Below are positions 43,907 through 53,787 of a stretch of DNA of 64,000 nucleotides, piece after piece. Under the pieces are notes generated by a model that was not told the DNA's origin, did no database searches, and saw only the letters and a list, made by a program, of their open reading frames with translations. Position numbers and translations under genes: made by a program. Positions within the stretch are counted from its first letter, which is position 1, and each line of letters begins with the position of its first letter. The stretch is from Oscillospiraceae bacterium (lineage in GTDB: Bacteria > Bacillota > Clostridia > Oscillospirales > CAG-272): NCBI GenBank assembly GCA_015064355.1, contig SVSJ01000007.1:7435-71434 (forward strand). The letters are read 5' to 3'.

Positions 43907-45151
43907 ATGGAAAACATTATCACCAAACGCGCAAAAAACATAACTCTTATGTGCACGCTGGTTTATTTTGCAAGCTATCTGACACGAATAAATTTCGCCG
44001 TTATGATGGTTAAGATCTGCGCTGATATGAATGCGCTGAAAACTGAGCTTGCGGTAGTTGTAACAGGTCTGACTATCGTTTACGGAGTCGGCCAGGTCAT
44101 AAGCGGTGTTATCGGCGATAAGATAAAGCCCCAATATATGCTTACATCAGGTCTTTCTCTGGCCGCAGCCTGCAATATTGCAATGTTTTTCTGCAGTACC
44201 ATTCCCGCAATGACCGTGGTTTGGTGTATAAACGGATTTGCGCAGTCAATGCTTTGGCCTCCTATCGTGCGTATTATGTCAACATACCTTGCTGACCACG
44301 AATACAGCTACGCCGCTGTGCGCGTGTCATGGGGATCATCAATTGCAACGATCCTCCTTTACACCTGCTGTCCTCTCCTTCTTAAGGTTATGGATTGGAA
44401 AACCATTATGCTCCTCTGCGCGGCCGTGTGTGTTGCTATTATGATCGCTTGGACTCTCCTTAATCCAAAGTTCCTCATTTCTGCCAACGCTTCCACAAAG
44501 AGCAACGAGCAAAATGGGGACCTGCAAGCAACTGTTCCTGTGCCAAAGTTTGTATACCTGCCTATTGCACTGATCATGCTCGGCATTATCCTCCAGGGTA
44601 CTCTCCGCGACGGCGTTACAAACTGGATGCCCTCTTATCTCTGCGAAACATTTGGTCTTCCCGAGGAAGAATCCATTATCTCCACCGTAATTCAGGCTGT
44701 GTTCAGCATTCTCAGCTTCTGGTGCTTCGACTTTTTACACCGCAAGGTTTTCAAAAACGAGGTTATGTGCGCGTCTGTCATATTCGGTGGCTCTGCACTT
44801 TGTTCCGCGGCCCTGTATTTTGCAAATATTCTTTCTGCCTCTGCGGCTGTTTCCCTTGTACTTATGGCAGTCATCATCGCTTGTATGCACGGTGTAAACC
44901 TGATGCTCATCTCCGTTGTGCCCAAGAGATTCCTCCGAAGCGGCAAGGTTGCAACCTACTCAGGAATTCTCAACGCATGCACATATATCGGCGCATCCGT
45001 TGCAACATACGGCTTTGCAGCAATCGCAGAAAACTATGGCTGGAATATGACAATCCTCACCTGGATAATCATCTCGGCCGCAGGTATTGCAGTTTGCCTG
45101 GCCGCAGCGCCTCTTTGGAAGAAATTCCGCAAGGAATACGCGGATAAATAA
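43907..45151 (+). CDS. MFS transporter
   Basis: 12 predicted TM helices with 6+6 organisation. ATG at 43907 with GGGAGG upstream. The ORF-track start at 43850 overlaps the promoter. Confidence 0.8.
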   Translation: MENIITKRAKNITLMCTLVYFASYLTRINFAVMMVKICADMNALKTELAVVVTGLTIVYGVGQVISGVIGDKIKPQYMLTSGLSLAAACNIAMFFCSTIPAMTVVWCINGFAQSMLWPPIVRIMSTYLADHEYSYAAVRVSWGSSIATILLYTCCPLLLKVMDWKTIMLLCAAVCVAIMIAWTLLNPKFLISANASTKSNEQNGDLQATVPVPKFVYLPIALIMLGIILQGTLRDGVTNWMPSYLCETFGLPEEESIISTVIQAVFSILSFWCFDFLHRKVFKNEVMCASVIFGGSALCSAALYFANILSASAAVSLVLMAVIIACMHGVNLMLISVVPKRFLRSGKVATYSGILNACTYIGASVATYGFAAIAENYGWNMTILTWIIISAAGIAVCLAAAPLWKKFRKEYADK

Positions 45152-45160
45152 AATATAATT

Positions 45161-45188
45161 GGACGGGTCTTTGGGCTCGTCCTTTTTC
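45161..45188 (+). terminator. Rho-independent terminator
   Basis: Stem GGACGGG/CTCGTCC followed by TTTTT. Confidence 0.6.
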
Positions 45189-45219
45189 ATTCTTACTCCT
45201 CTAAACACACATATAATAA

Positions 45220-45248
45220 TTGACATACGAAATTTTTGATGATATAAT
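45220..45248 (+). promoter_or_regulatory. Sigma-A promoter
   Basis: TTGACA, 17 nt, TATAAT; exact consensus. Confidence 0.6.
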
Positions 45249-45281
45249 TATTATGAAGTAATGTAAACTTTGGAGAATGAT

Positions 45282-48269
45282 ATGAAAACTCGTTTGTCGC
45301 GGAAATTCTGGTGTGCTCTGATAATATTCGGACTTATGGGACAGATTGCCTGGGTTGTGGAGAATATGTACCTCAACGTGTTCATATACAAGATGTTCTC
45401 GGCGTCTGCAGGCGACATTTCAGCCATGGTTGCGGCAAGTGCTGTTGCTGCTACAGTTACGACTGTTCTCATCGGTGCACTGTCTGACAGAATAGGAAAG
45501 CGTAAGATTTTCATTTGTGGCGGATATATTTTGTGGGGCGTTTCAATTTTCGCATTTGCCCTTCTTCGCACAGATGTGGTCGGAGCAATGTTCCCTGCTG
45601 CAGTATCCGCATCTGCTGTTTGCGTTACACTCACCATAGTTCTCGACTGTCTCATGACATTCTTCGGTTCAAGCGCAAACGATGCTGCGTTCAACGCCTG
45701 GCTCACCGACAGCACCGACAATTCCAATCGCGGTGCGGCCGAAGGTATCAACGCAATGATGCCGCTGGTTGCAATTCTCGCCGTGTTTGGCGGATTTATG
45801 GGCTTCGACCTTAACGAAAGTAGCTCCTGGGTGACAATTTTCACCATCATCGGTGTATGCACTCTTGCTGTGGGTGTGATCGGATTTTTCGTTATTGAAG
45901 ACAAAGCAGCTGCCCCCTCGGAAACGGGATATTTCAAAAACGTGATCTATGGTTTCCGCCCGAAGACCGTTTCCGAAAACAAAGAGTTTTACTTCTTCCT
46001 GCTTCTGTTTATCATTTTTAATATCGCCATTCAGATATTCATGCCCTACCTCATTATTTACTACGAAGTATCTCTCGGTATGGCAAACTACGTTTTCGTA
46101 ATGGCACCCGCTATTATTTTGGCCTCTGTAGTCACCGCTTTCTGGGGCAGATTCTATGACAAAAAAGGCTTTGGCAAATCGGCCTTCTGGGCTCTTCTTT
46201 GGCTCGCTGTGGGATTTATTGTTCTGTTCCTTTTCCGCCAGACTGTCCCTGTGTTCGTGGGTTCTCTCCTTATGATGTGCGGATACCTGTCCGGTATGGC
46301 AGTATTTGGTGCAAAGATCCGCGATCTGACACCCGCAGGTAAAGCAGGTATGTTACAGGGAGTCCGTATCTTCTCACAAGTTCTCATTCCCGGTGTGGTT
46401 GGACCGTTTATCGGCAAAACCGTACTGAAGAATGCCGAGGTTATCATCAACAACGACGGCACAGAATCCTTTGTGCCAAGCGCGGATATTTTCTCCGCAG
46501 CTCTTGTTCCCGTTATTATTCTGGCTGTGCTTCTCATTATCCGACACGTGACAAAAAAGCCTCGAACCTGCACTCTTATGACTGACTTTGCAGGTGATAC
46601 AGACTGGACTGAATATCCACGTCCGCAGCTGAAGCGCGATTCCTACGTTTCACTCTGCGGCGAATGGGAGCTTTCCGTCAAGAAAAAAGGTGATGAAAAA
46701 GCAGTTGGCAAGATAAATGTACCCTATCCCCCCGAATCTGCTCTTTCCGGAATCGAGCGAACACTTAAAGAAGGCGAACGCTGGATATATCGTAAGAATT
46801 TCACCTTGGCAGATGGATTTAACAAAGGGAAAATCCTTCTTCACTTCGGCGCGGTGGATCAGATTGCAATTGTTACAGTAAACGGCACACTACTTTCTGC
46901 ACATGAGGGTGGTTATCTCCCATTTACCCTTGATATAACCGAGCAGATCACAAATGGCGAAAATGAAATCCAGGTTGAGGTTTTCGATAACCTCTACCGC
47001 GAACTTGCATACGGCAAACAGCGCCGTAACAGAGGCGGTATGTGGTACACCCCCACAAGCGGTATCTGGCAGGCTGTTTGGCTCGAATCAGTCCCCGAGG
47101 ATTACATTTCATCCCTACGTCTCACGCCCACTATTGACAGCATTACCATTGACACAGTCGGCGGATGCGCAGAAAAAACTGTGGTTATAAAGACTCCCGC
47201 AGGTGAAATTGAAAAGACCTATACAGGCAATCAAATAACAATAGAAATACCCTCTCCCGTCAACTGGACTCCCGAAAATCCTTACTTATATGAATTTACT
47301 CTCACATCGGGGGAAGACAAGATCGAATCCTACTTTGCCCTCCGCACAGTGGGAATTGAGACAGCAGACGGTCAGGCTTACATAGCACTCAACAGCAAGC
47401 CCTACTTCTTCCACGGACTCCTTGACCAGGGATACTATAGCGACGGTATTTACACCCCCGCCTCCCCTGTCGGCTTCATTTATGACATAACAAAAATGAA
47501 GGAATGCGGATTCAACACCCTGCGTAAGCATATTAAGATAGAGCCTGACTTGTTCTATTATTACTGCGACCGTCTAGGCATGATCGTGCTTCAGGATATG
47601 GTCAACTCGGGCAAGTACAGCTTCCTTGTTGACACAGCCCTTCCTACCGTTGGTATAAAAAAAGGAATCACCCACTCCGCATCCCCTTATCGCCGGGAAA
47701 GCTTTGAAGCTGACTCCCGCGCTACCGTGGATCTTCTTTACAACCATCCCTCCGTTTGCTACTACACCATATTCAACGAGGGCTGGGGACAATACGATGC
47801 CGACAGGATCTACGGTGAGCTGAAAGCTTACGATCCCACGAGGACCTGGGACGCAACATCCGGATGGTTCAACGAAAAGGAAAGCGACGTCACAAGCGAG
47901 CACGTGTATTTCAAAAAGCTCGATCTTAAGCCGCGTTCAGACAGACCCCTTGTTCTGTCCGAGTTTGGCGGGTACTCCTGCAAGATAGCAGACCACTCAT
48001 TCAACCTCGACAAAACCTATGGGTACAAGTTCTTCACAGAGCAGCCGGAATTCGAGAAAGCCCTCTACGCCCTCTATCGCGATGAGGTGATCCCAATGAT
48101 CGACCGTGGTCTTTGCGCATCTATCCTCACCCAAGTCAGCGACGTTGAGGACGAAACAAACGGACTTCTCACCTATGACAGAGCCATTCTGAAGGTTGAC
48201 ACCGCCAAAATGGCGACGGTTTCAGGTGAAGTAATAAACGCATTCAATAAAAAAACTAATACAAAATAA
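45282..48269 (+). CDS. Fusion protein: MFS/GPH-like 12-TM transporter (aa ~1-430) plus a glycoside hydrolase family 2 domain (aa ~440-995)
   Basis: I count 12 hydrophobic segments in the N-terminal part. The C-terminal part carries GH2 features: YPRPQLKRDSYVSLCGEWEL (sugar-binding domain), the acid/base motif NHPSVCYYTIFNEGWGQ and the nucleophile motif LVLSEFGGY. It is a single uninterrupted ORF. ATG at 45282 with GGAG upstream. Confidence 0.8.
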   Translation: MKTRLSRKFWCALIIFGLMGQIAWVVENMYLNVFIYKMFSASAGDISAMVAASAVAATVTTVLIGALSDRIGKRKIFICGGYILWGVSIFAFALLRTDVVGAMFPAAVSASAVCVTLTIVLDCLMTFFGSSANDAAFNAWLTDSTDNSNRGAAEGINAMMPLVAILAVFGGFMGFDLNESSSWVTIFTIIGVCTLAVGVIGFFVIEDKAAAPSETGYFKNVIYGFRPKTVSENKEFYFFLLLFIIFNIAIQIFMPYLIIYYEVSLGMANYVFVMAPAIILASVVTAFWGRFYDKKGFGKSAFWALLWLAVGFIVLFLFRQTVPVFVGSLLMMCGYLSGMAVFGAKIRDLTPAGKAGMLQGVRIFSQVLIPGVVGPFIGKTVLKNAEVIINNDGTESFVPSADIFSAALVPVIILAVLLIIRHVTKKPRTCTLMTDFAGDTDWTEYPRPQLKRDSYVSLCGEWELSVKKKGDEKAVGKINVPYPPESALSGIERTLKEGERWIYRKNFTLADGFNKGKILLHFGAVDQIAIVTVNGTLLSAHEGGYLPFTLDITEQITNGENEIQVEVFDNLYRELAYGKQRRNRGGMWYTPTSGIWQAVWLESVPEDYISSLRLTPTIDSITIDTVGGCAEKTVVIKTPAGEIEKTYTGNQITIEIPSPVNWTPENPYLYEFTLTSGEDKIESYFALRTVGIETADGQAYIALNSKPYFFHGLLDQGYYSDGIYTPASPVGFIYDITKMKECGFNTLRKHIKIEPDLFYYYCDRLGMIVLQDMVNSGKYSFLVDTALPTVGIKKGITHSASPYRRESFEADSRATVDLLYNHPSVCYYTIFNEGWGQYDADRIYGELKAYDPTRTWDATSGWFNEKESDVTSEHVYFKKLDLKPRSDRPLVLSEFGGYSCKIADHSFNLDKTYGYKFFTEQPEFEKALYALYRDEVIPMIDRGLCASILTQVSDVEDETNGLLTYDRAILKVDTAKMATVSGEVINAFNKKTNTK

Positions 48270-48286
48270 TAAAAAGGAGACAAACC

Positions 48287-49576
48287 ATGGGACTTATCAA
48301 AACAGCTATTAACACAATCAAAGGCACCCTTGCTGATCAGTGGAAGGAGTTTTTCTATTGTGAAGCTCTTGACAACGATACTCTGGTAGTTCGCGGCACA
48401 AAGCAGGCAGGCGGTAAAAAAGGAAACGACAATATCATATCCTCCGGCTCCGGTATTGCTGTAGCAGACGGTCAGTGTATGATCATCGTAGATCAGGGAA
48501 AGGTTGTTGAATTCTGCGCAGAGCCCGGTGAATACACATTTGACTCCTCCTCAGAACCCAGCATTTTCTCCGGTGAGCTTGGTGAAGCTATCGGAACAAC
48601 TCTCAAGACTATGTGGACCAGATTCACATATGGCGGCGATACCGGTAAGGATCAAAGAGTATACTATTTCAATCTCAAGGAGCTTATCGACAACAAGTTC
48701 GGTACCCCCACTCCCATTCCCTTCCGCGTTGTTGACAAGAATATCGGTCTCGACATCGACGTTTCTGTTCGTTGCTCCGGTATTTATTCCTTCAAAATCA
48801 CAAACCCCATTCTGTTCTACACAAACGTGTGCGGAAACGTTACCAGAGAATACACCAAGGACGAGCTTGAAGCACAGCTTAAGGCAGAATTCATCTCCGC
48901 CCTCCAGCCTGCATTTGGCAAGCTTTCTTCCATCGGTCTCCGCCCCAGCGAGCTTCCTGCTCACGCACTTGAGCTGGCAGATGCAATGAACGAGGCTCTT
49001 TCCAAGAAGTGGAGCGACCTCCGCGGTCTGTCCGTTGTTTCCGTTGCCCTCAACCCCATTACCCTTCCCGAAGAAGATGCAGAGCTCATCAAGAACGCAC
49101 AGCGCGCTGCAATTATGCGTGATCCTACAATGGCTGCGGCAACGCTCGTTGAAGCTCAGTCTGACGCAATGAGAGCTGCGGCAAGCAATCAGGGCGGCGC
49201 TATGAACGGCTTTATTGGTATGAACATGGCTGCAAACGCGGGTGGAATGAATGCAGGCGATCTTTTCGCTATGGGTCAGAAGCAGAACGCAGCAAAGGCT
49301 GAAACCGCTCCCGCTGATTCTTGGAAATGTGCTTGTGGAGCAGTTTGCACAGGCAAGTTCTGCGCAGAATGTGGTGCAAAGAAGCCTGAAGACGGCTGGA
49401 CCTGCTCCTGCGGAAATGTAAACAAGGGCAAGTTCTGCTCTGAATGCGGCGCAAAGAAGCCCGAAGATGCGCCTCTCTACCGTTGTGACAAATGCGGCTG
49501 GGAACCTGAAGATCCTAAGAATCCCCCGAAGTTCTGTCCCGAATGTGGCGACTGTTTCGACGAAAATGACAGATAA
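48287..49576 (+). CDS. SPFH-domain protein with three C-terminal zinc ribbons (YdjI / COG4260-like)
   Basis: N-terminus GLIKTAINTIKGTLADQWKEFF and an SPFH-like core. The C-terminus has W.C.CG....GKFC.ECGAKKPED twice, plus CDKCG...CPECG. The gap to the upstream gene is only 17 nt, with an AAAGGAG RBS. Confidence 0.75.
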   Translation: MGLIKTAINTIKGTLADQWKEFFYCEALDNDTLVVRGTKQAGGKKGNDNIISSGSGIAVADGQCMIIVDQGKVVEFCAEPGEYTFDSSSEPSIFSGELGEAIGTTLKTMWTRFTYGGDTGKDQRVYYFNLKELIDNKFGTPTPIPFRVVDKNIGLDIDVSVRCSGIYSFKITNPILFYTNVCGNVTREYTKDELEAQLKAEFISALQPAFGKLSSIGLRPSELPAHALELADAMNEALSKKWSDLRGLSVVSVALNPITLPEEDAELIKNAQRAAIMRDPTMAAATLVEAQSDAMRAAASNQGGAMNGFIGMNMAANAGGMNAGDLFAMGQKQNAAKAETAPADSWKCACGAVCTGKFCAECGAKKPEDGWTCSCGNVNKGKFCSECGAKKPEDAPLYRCDKCGWEPEDPKNPPKFCPECGDCFDENDR

Positions 49577-49617
49577 CACAAAATAAATCCAAAATCTATA
49601 CGATTGGAGGTTAATCT

Positions 49618-50715
49618 GTGGCTGAACTACTTGAATACAAATGCCCATGTTGCGGCGGCGCCATCGGGTTTGACAGCAGATCGCAAAACCTAAAATGCCC
49701 CTACTGTGACACGGAATTTGACATTGATACTCTGAAACACTACGACGAGGATCTTATTACCTCCACCCCCACCGAAGAGGACACAGAGTGGGAATCCAGC
49801 GACAACCAGTGGTCTGACGAGGAACAGGACGGTTTCCGGGTGTACTCCTGCGATTCTTGCGGCGGTGAGATCGTTGCGGAAGAAACTACCTCGGCAACAT
49901 CCTGCCCGTACTGCGGAAATCCCGTTGTAATGAAGGAGCAACTGTCCGGTGTTCTCAAGCCCGACTACGTTATCCCCTTTAAGCTTGACAAAAAAGCGGC
50001 AAAGGCAGGGCTGCTCAAGCACCTTTCCGGCAAGCCCCTGCTACCGAAGATCTTTAAAGACGAAAACCACATCGACGAGATCAAGGGTATGTACGTTCCC
50101 TTCTGGCTGTTCGATGCTGATGCAGACGCAAATATCCGATACAAAGCAACCCGTGTCCGCAGCTGGAGTGATACCAACTACATTTACACGGAAACACAGT
50201 ATTATTCCGTAGTACGCGGAGGGGATATCGGTTTTGAGCGTGTTCCCGTTGACGGATCATCGAAAATGCCAGACGATCTTATGCAGTCTATTGAGCCTTA
50301 TGATTTTTCCGAGGCGGTTGATTTTAAAACAGCTTATCTCGCGGGATTTCTTGCAGATAAATATGACATTACCGCCGACGAAAGCGCAAAGCAGGCAAAC
50401 GCACGAATGAAAAGAAGCACAGAGATAAAATTCGCTGACACAGTTTACGGATACGCCTCTGTTGTTCCCGAAAGCAGTAATGTGAAAATACATAACGGTC
50501 AGGCAAAGTATGCGCTGTACCCTGTGTGGATCCTTAACACCACCTGGAAAGACAAGAAATACATCTTCGCAATGAATGGGCAGACCGGCAAGTTCGTCGG
50601 CGACCTCCCCATTGACAAGAAGGCGGCATTTCTGTGGTTCCTCGGTCTGACTCCGGTTTGCTCTATTGCAGCTTACGCAGTCTCCCTGCTTCTCAGATTT
50701 TTGGGATTCATTTAA
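49618..50715 (+). CDS. Double zinc-ribbon protein with a C-terminal TM anchor (YdjG-like)
   Basis: CPCCG...CPYCD and CDSCGG...CPYCGN at the N-terminus. C-terminal hydrophobic segment FLWFLGLTPVCSIAAYAVSLLLRFLGFI. GTG start with GGAGG upstream. Confidence 0.6.
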   Translation: MAELLEYKCPCCGGAIGFDSRSQNLKCPYCDTEFDIDTLKHYDEDLITSTPTEEDTEWESSDNQWSDEEQDGFRVYSCDSCGGEIVAEETTSATSCPYCGNPVVMKEQLSGVLKPDYVIPFKLDKKAAKAGLLKHLSGKPLLPKIFKDENHIDEIKGMYVPFWLFDADADANIRYKATRVRSWSDTNYIYTETQYYSVVRGGDIGFERVPVDGSSKMPDDLMQSIEPYDFSEAVDFKTAYLAGFLADKYDITADESAKQANARMKRSTEIKFADTVYGYASVVPESSNVKIHNGQAKYALYPVWILNTTWKDKKYIFAMNGQTGKFVGDLPIDKKAAFLWFLGLTPVCSIAAYAVSLLLRFLGFI

Positions 50716-50728
50716 GGAGGTCGTGAAG

Positions 50729-51562
50729 ATGAAAAAACGTATTATTTCTGTATTGATCGCGCTAATCCTCCTTGCTTTGCTTACGGTGGTCGTAAGTGCT
50801 GACGAATACAACGATCCAGAACTGCTTGTTGACAAGGCTCATATTCTCACGGACAGCGAAGAAGCTGATCTTATTGCGCAGCTTAATGAGATCAGTGAGC
50901 GGCATAAAACTAATATTGCTGTTGTAACTATGCCCTACACAATGAACGAAAACGGCGTATTTATGGGCATGACTCCCGAAGCTTGTGCCAATCTGTTTTT
51001 CAGAGAACGTGGCTACGGCTATGGTAATTCAGACGACGGTGTTCTGTTCCTTGTCATTATGGATACTCGCGATTGGTATATCACGTCTCACGGCTATGGG
51101 GCTTATGCAATTACCGAGGCGGGATACGACCGCCTGGAGAATGAGATCATTCCCTATCTCTCCTCCGGCGAATATGCACAGGCGTTCTCACTTTACGGAG
51201 AGATCTGCGACGATCTTATAAGCCGGGCGAGAAATGGTGAACCTTACGGATACGATCCGGATTTCGACTACAACGCTCCTGCAAACAGCCCCACAACTGC
51301 AAGTTGGATCGGTGTGTGCGTATTTGTAGGCGTGATCATCTCGGCGATTTCCGTTGGCGTTATGGCGTCTAAAAACAAGAGTGTGCGCATCAAGGCGGAG
51401 GCAAACAGCTATATCCGCCAGGGCAGTATGCATGTGACAACCAGCCGCGATATGTTCCTCTACCGCAATGTAAGCAAGATTCGCAAGTCCAATAACAACA
51501 GCTCAAGCGGCGGCAGATCCGGTGGCAGATCAGTGTCAAGCGGCCGCGGCGGCAAGTTTTAA
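50729..51562 (+). CDS. TPM-domain membrane protein (YdjH-like)
   Basis: Signal/anchor MKKRIISVLIALILLALLTVVV. TPM-type block LVDKAHILTDSEEADLIAQLNEISERHKTNIAVVT. A second TM helix and a Gly/Ser/Arg-rich tail follow. ATG at 50729 with AAGGAGG upstream. Confidence 0.7.
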   Translation: MKKRIISVLIALILLALLTVVVSADEYNDPELLVDKAHILTDSEEADLIAQLNEISERHKTNIAVVTMPYTMNENGVFMGMTPEACANLFFRERGYGYGNSDDGVLFLVIMDTRDWYITSHGYGAYAITEAGYDRLENEIIPYLSSGEYAQAFSLYGEICDDLISRARNGEPYGYDPDFDYNAPANSPTTASWIGVCVFVGVIISAISVGVMASKNKSVRIKAEANSYIRQGSMHVTTSRDMFLYRNVSKIRKSNNNSSSGGRSGGRSVSSGRGGKF

Positions 51563-51568
51563 GCAAAA

Positions 51569-51599
51569 CAAAAGAGTAGCAATTCGCTACTCTTTTTTG
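51569..51599. terminator. Bidirectional terminator
   Basis: Perfect 10-bp stem AAAGAGTAGC/GCTACTCTTT flanked by an A-run and a T-run. Confidence 0.75.
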
Positions 51600-51606
51600 T
51601 TATGTT

Positions 51607-52737
51607 TTATTTGTTCAGCTTTTCGAGAAATTCAGCAAAGTCTGCCATGGTTTTGGGCACGTCAATTCTCTGGGGGCAAATGTCAGCGCAGGCTCCGCAG
51701 CCGATACACGCCGATGGCTTCTTGTCATCGGGAATTGCAGCAATCTTCTGTCTTGCACCCCAGCCGGGCGAGAACAGCATCTCGTTATAAATAGCGATCA
51801 GCTTTGGAATATCAAGTCCAACGGGGCAAACCTCGCAGCAGTAACGGCAAGCAGTACAAGGAACTGTGCCAAGCATTTCCTTGCCAATGTTAAGGAGAAG
51901 CTCCCATTCCTCGTCGGTGAGCTCTGCTTTGTCGGAAAAGGTATTGAGATTATCAGCAAGCTGCTCGGGTGTTGTCATTCCGCTTAAGATCATCGTAACG
52001 TTAGGCAGCTTCATTAGCCAGCGGAACGCCCAAGATGCAGTAGAATATTCTGGATGAACCGCTTTAAGCTTTGCCTCGTGTTCTTCCGGCAGTTCTGCAA
52101 GTCTACCGCCGCGGACAGGCTCCATTACCCAAACGGGGATTCCACGCTCTGTGAGCATATCATACTTCTCACGGGCGCTCTGGAGCTCCCAGTCAACGAA
52201 ATTCATCTGCACTTGGCAGAACTCCATAACGTCGCCGTATTTCTCCAGGAACTTGCGGAGAGCGCCTACAGACGCGTGTGTGGAGAAACCAAGGTGGCGG
52301 ATCCTTCCCAGCTCCTTTTGTTCGAGGAAATACTTGATTATTCCCCTCTCCTCGTCGAAGTACAGCTCGAGGTTATCGTCGGAAACGTTGTGAAGGAGGT
52401 AGAAATCGAAGTAATCAACACCGCATTTGTTAAGCTGCTCGTCAAGAACCTCGGAGGGATGTCGGTCTCTCACCTGACCCATATTTCCGGGGTACTTTGT
52501 TGCGAGATAGAAGCTGTCACGGGGATAATTCTTCAAAATCTTGCCGATCACTACCTCGGACTGATATTTGTGGTACATATAGGCGGTGTCAAAATAGTTC
52601 ACACCGTTTTTGATGGCTTCGTCAACAAGCTTTGCGGTAAGCTCCTCGTTTACAGTTTCGTCCTCGAATACAGGGAAACGCATGCAGCCATATCCCAAGG
52701 CGGAGAGCTTTTTACCTTTGAAATCGTTATATTTCAT
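51607..52737 (-). CDS. Aldo/keto reductase with a C-terminal 2x[4Fe-4S]-type ferredoxin domain
   Basis: AKR N-terminus (LSALGYGCMRF, NYFDTAYMY). C-terminal motifs CTACRYCCEVCP and CIGCGACADICP. I prefer the ATG at 52737 (GAGGTG upstream). Confidence 0.8.
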   Translation of the reverse strand: MKYNDFKGKKLSALGYGCMRFPVFEDETVNEELTAKLVDEAIKNGVNYFDTAYMYHKYQSEVVIGKILKNYPRDSFYLATKYPGNMGQVRDRHPSEVLDEQLNKCGVDYFDFYLLHNVSDDNLELYFDEERGIIKYFLEQKELGRIRHLGFSTHASVGALRKFLEKYGDVMEFCQVQMNFVDWELQSAREKYDMLTERGIPVWVMEPVRGGRLAELPEEHEAKLKAVHPEYSTASWAFRWLMKLPNVTMILSGMTTPEQLADNLNTFSDKAELTDEEWELLLNIGKEMLGTVPCTACRYCCEVCPVGLDIPKLIAIYNEMLFSPGWGARQKIAAIPDDKKPSACIGCGACADICPQRIDVPKTMADFAEFLEKLNK

Positions 52738-52752
52738 ATTACACCTCAAAAA

Positions 52753-53787
52753 TTAAACTTTAATTTTGCCGGAGAGAATATCTTTGTAATCTGCCAGGTT
52801 AAGTTTGAGAAGCTCGGGGGTATCAAGACCGTAGGGACATTTTGCTTTGCACTGACCGCACTCCAGGCAGTTTTCAATGTTGAGCATCTTTGCCTGATAT
52901 TCCTCGGTCAGCCACATTGCGGACGGGCTGCGGCGGATCATCTGTGACATACGGGCACAGTTGTTGATCTCAATATCAACGGGGCACGGCATGCAGTATC
53001 CACAGCCGCGACAGAAGTTGCCGATAAGCTCACGTCTGTCCTTGTCGATCAGCGCTTTCAGTTCCTCGTCCATTTCGGGAGGGTTGGTGTTGTAACTGAT
53101 GAACTCGTCAAGCTCACATTCCCTCTGTACGCCCCATATTGGGAGAACGTTATCGAACATCTCCATCCAAGCATATGCCGCCTTTGAGTTGGTTATAAGA
53201 CCGCCGGACAAGCCCTTCATTGCTATGTATCCCACGTCGTGCTCTTTGCAGAGGCGAACAAGCTCTATTTCGTGATCCGTTGCCAGATAGCAGAATGGGA
53301 ACTGCAAGGTTTCGTACAGCCCCGACTCAACCGCTTCCTTTGCCACGTTCAGGCGATGGTTGGTAATTCCTATGTGGCGGATCTTGCCCTGTGCTTTTGC
53401 TTCGAGCATTGCCTCGTACAGTCCTGTTCCATCGCCGGGCTTAGGGCAAAAAGCAAGATTATGGAACTGGTAGATGTCAACATAATCAGTCTTCATATTT
53501 GAAAGGCTGGTTTCAAGGTCACGCCAGAAGCCCTCTACTGTAGTAGCGCCGGTTTTGGTAGCAATAGTGATATGTTCCCGCTCTTCCTTGCTGAATGCGA
53601 GTCCGATCTTATGCTCGCTGTCGGAATAATACCGCGCGGTGTCAAAGAATGTGAAGCCTGCGTCGTATGCCTTTCTGAGGAGCATTACTGCGTATTCGTC
53701 GCTTACCCTTTGAATAGGCAGGGCTCCAAAGGCGTTTTTCGGGGAGATTATGCCGGTTTTGCCAAGTCTGACTGTGCTCATAGCCAC
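52753..53787 (-). CDS. Aldo/keto reductase with a C-terminal Fe-S cluster domain
   Basis: AKR motifs (TFFDTARYY, HRL). C-terminal motifs CRGCGYCMPCP and CLECGQCKAKCP. Confidence 0.8.
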   Translation of the reverse strand: MAMSTVRLGKTGIISPKNAFGALPIQRVSDEYAVMLLRKAYDAGFTFFDTARYYSDSEHKIGLAFSKEEREHITIATKTGATTVEGFWRDLETSLSNMKTDYVDIYQFHNLAFCPKPGDGTGLYEAMLEAKAQGKIRHIGITNHRLNVAKEAVESGLYETLQFPFCYLATDHEIELVRLCKEHDVGYIAMKGLSGGLITNSKAAYAWMEMFDNVLPIWGVQRECELDEFISYNTNPPEMDEELKALIDKDRRELIGNFCRGCGYCMPCPVDIEINNCARMSQMIRRSPSAMWLTEEYQAKMLNIENCLECGQCKAKCPYGLDTPELLKLNLADYKDILSGKIKV

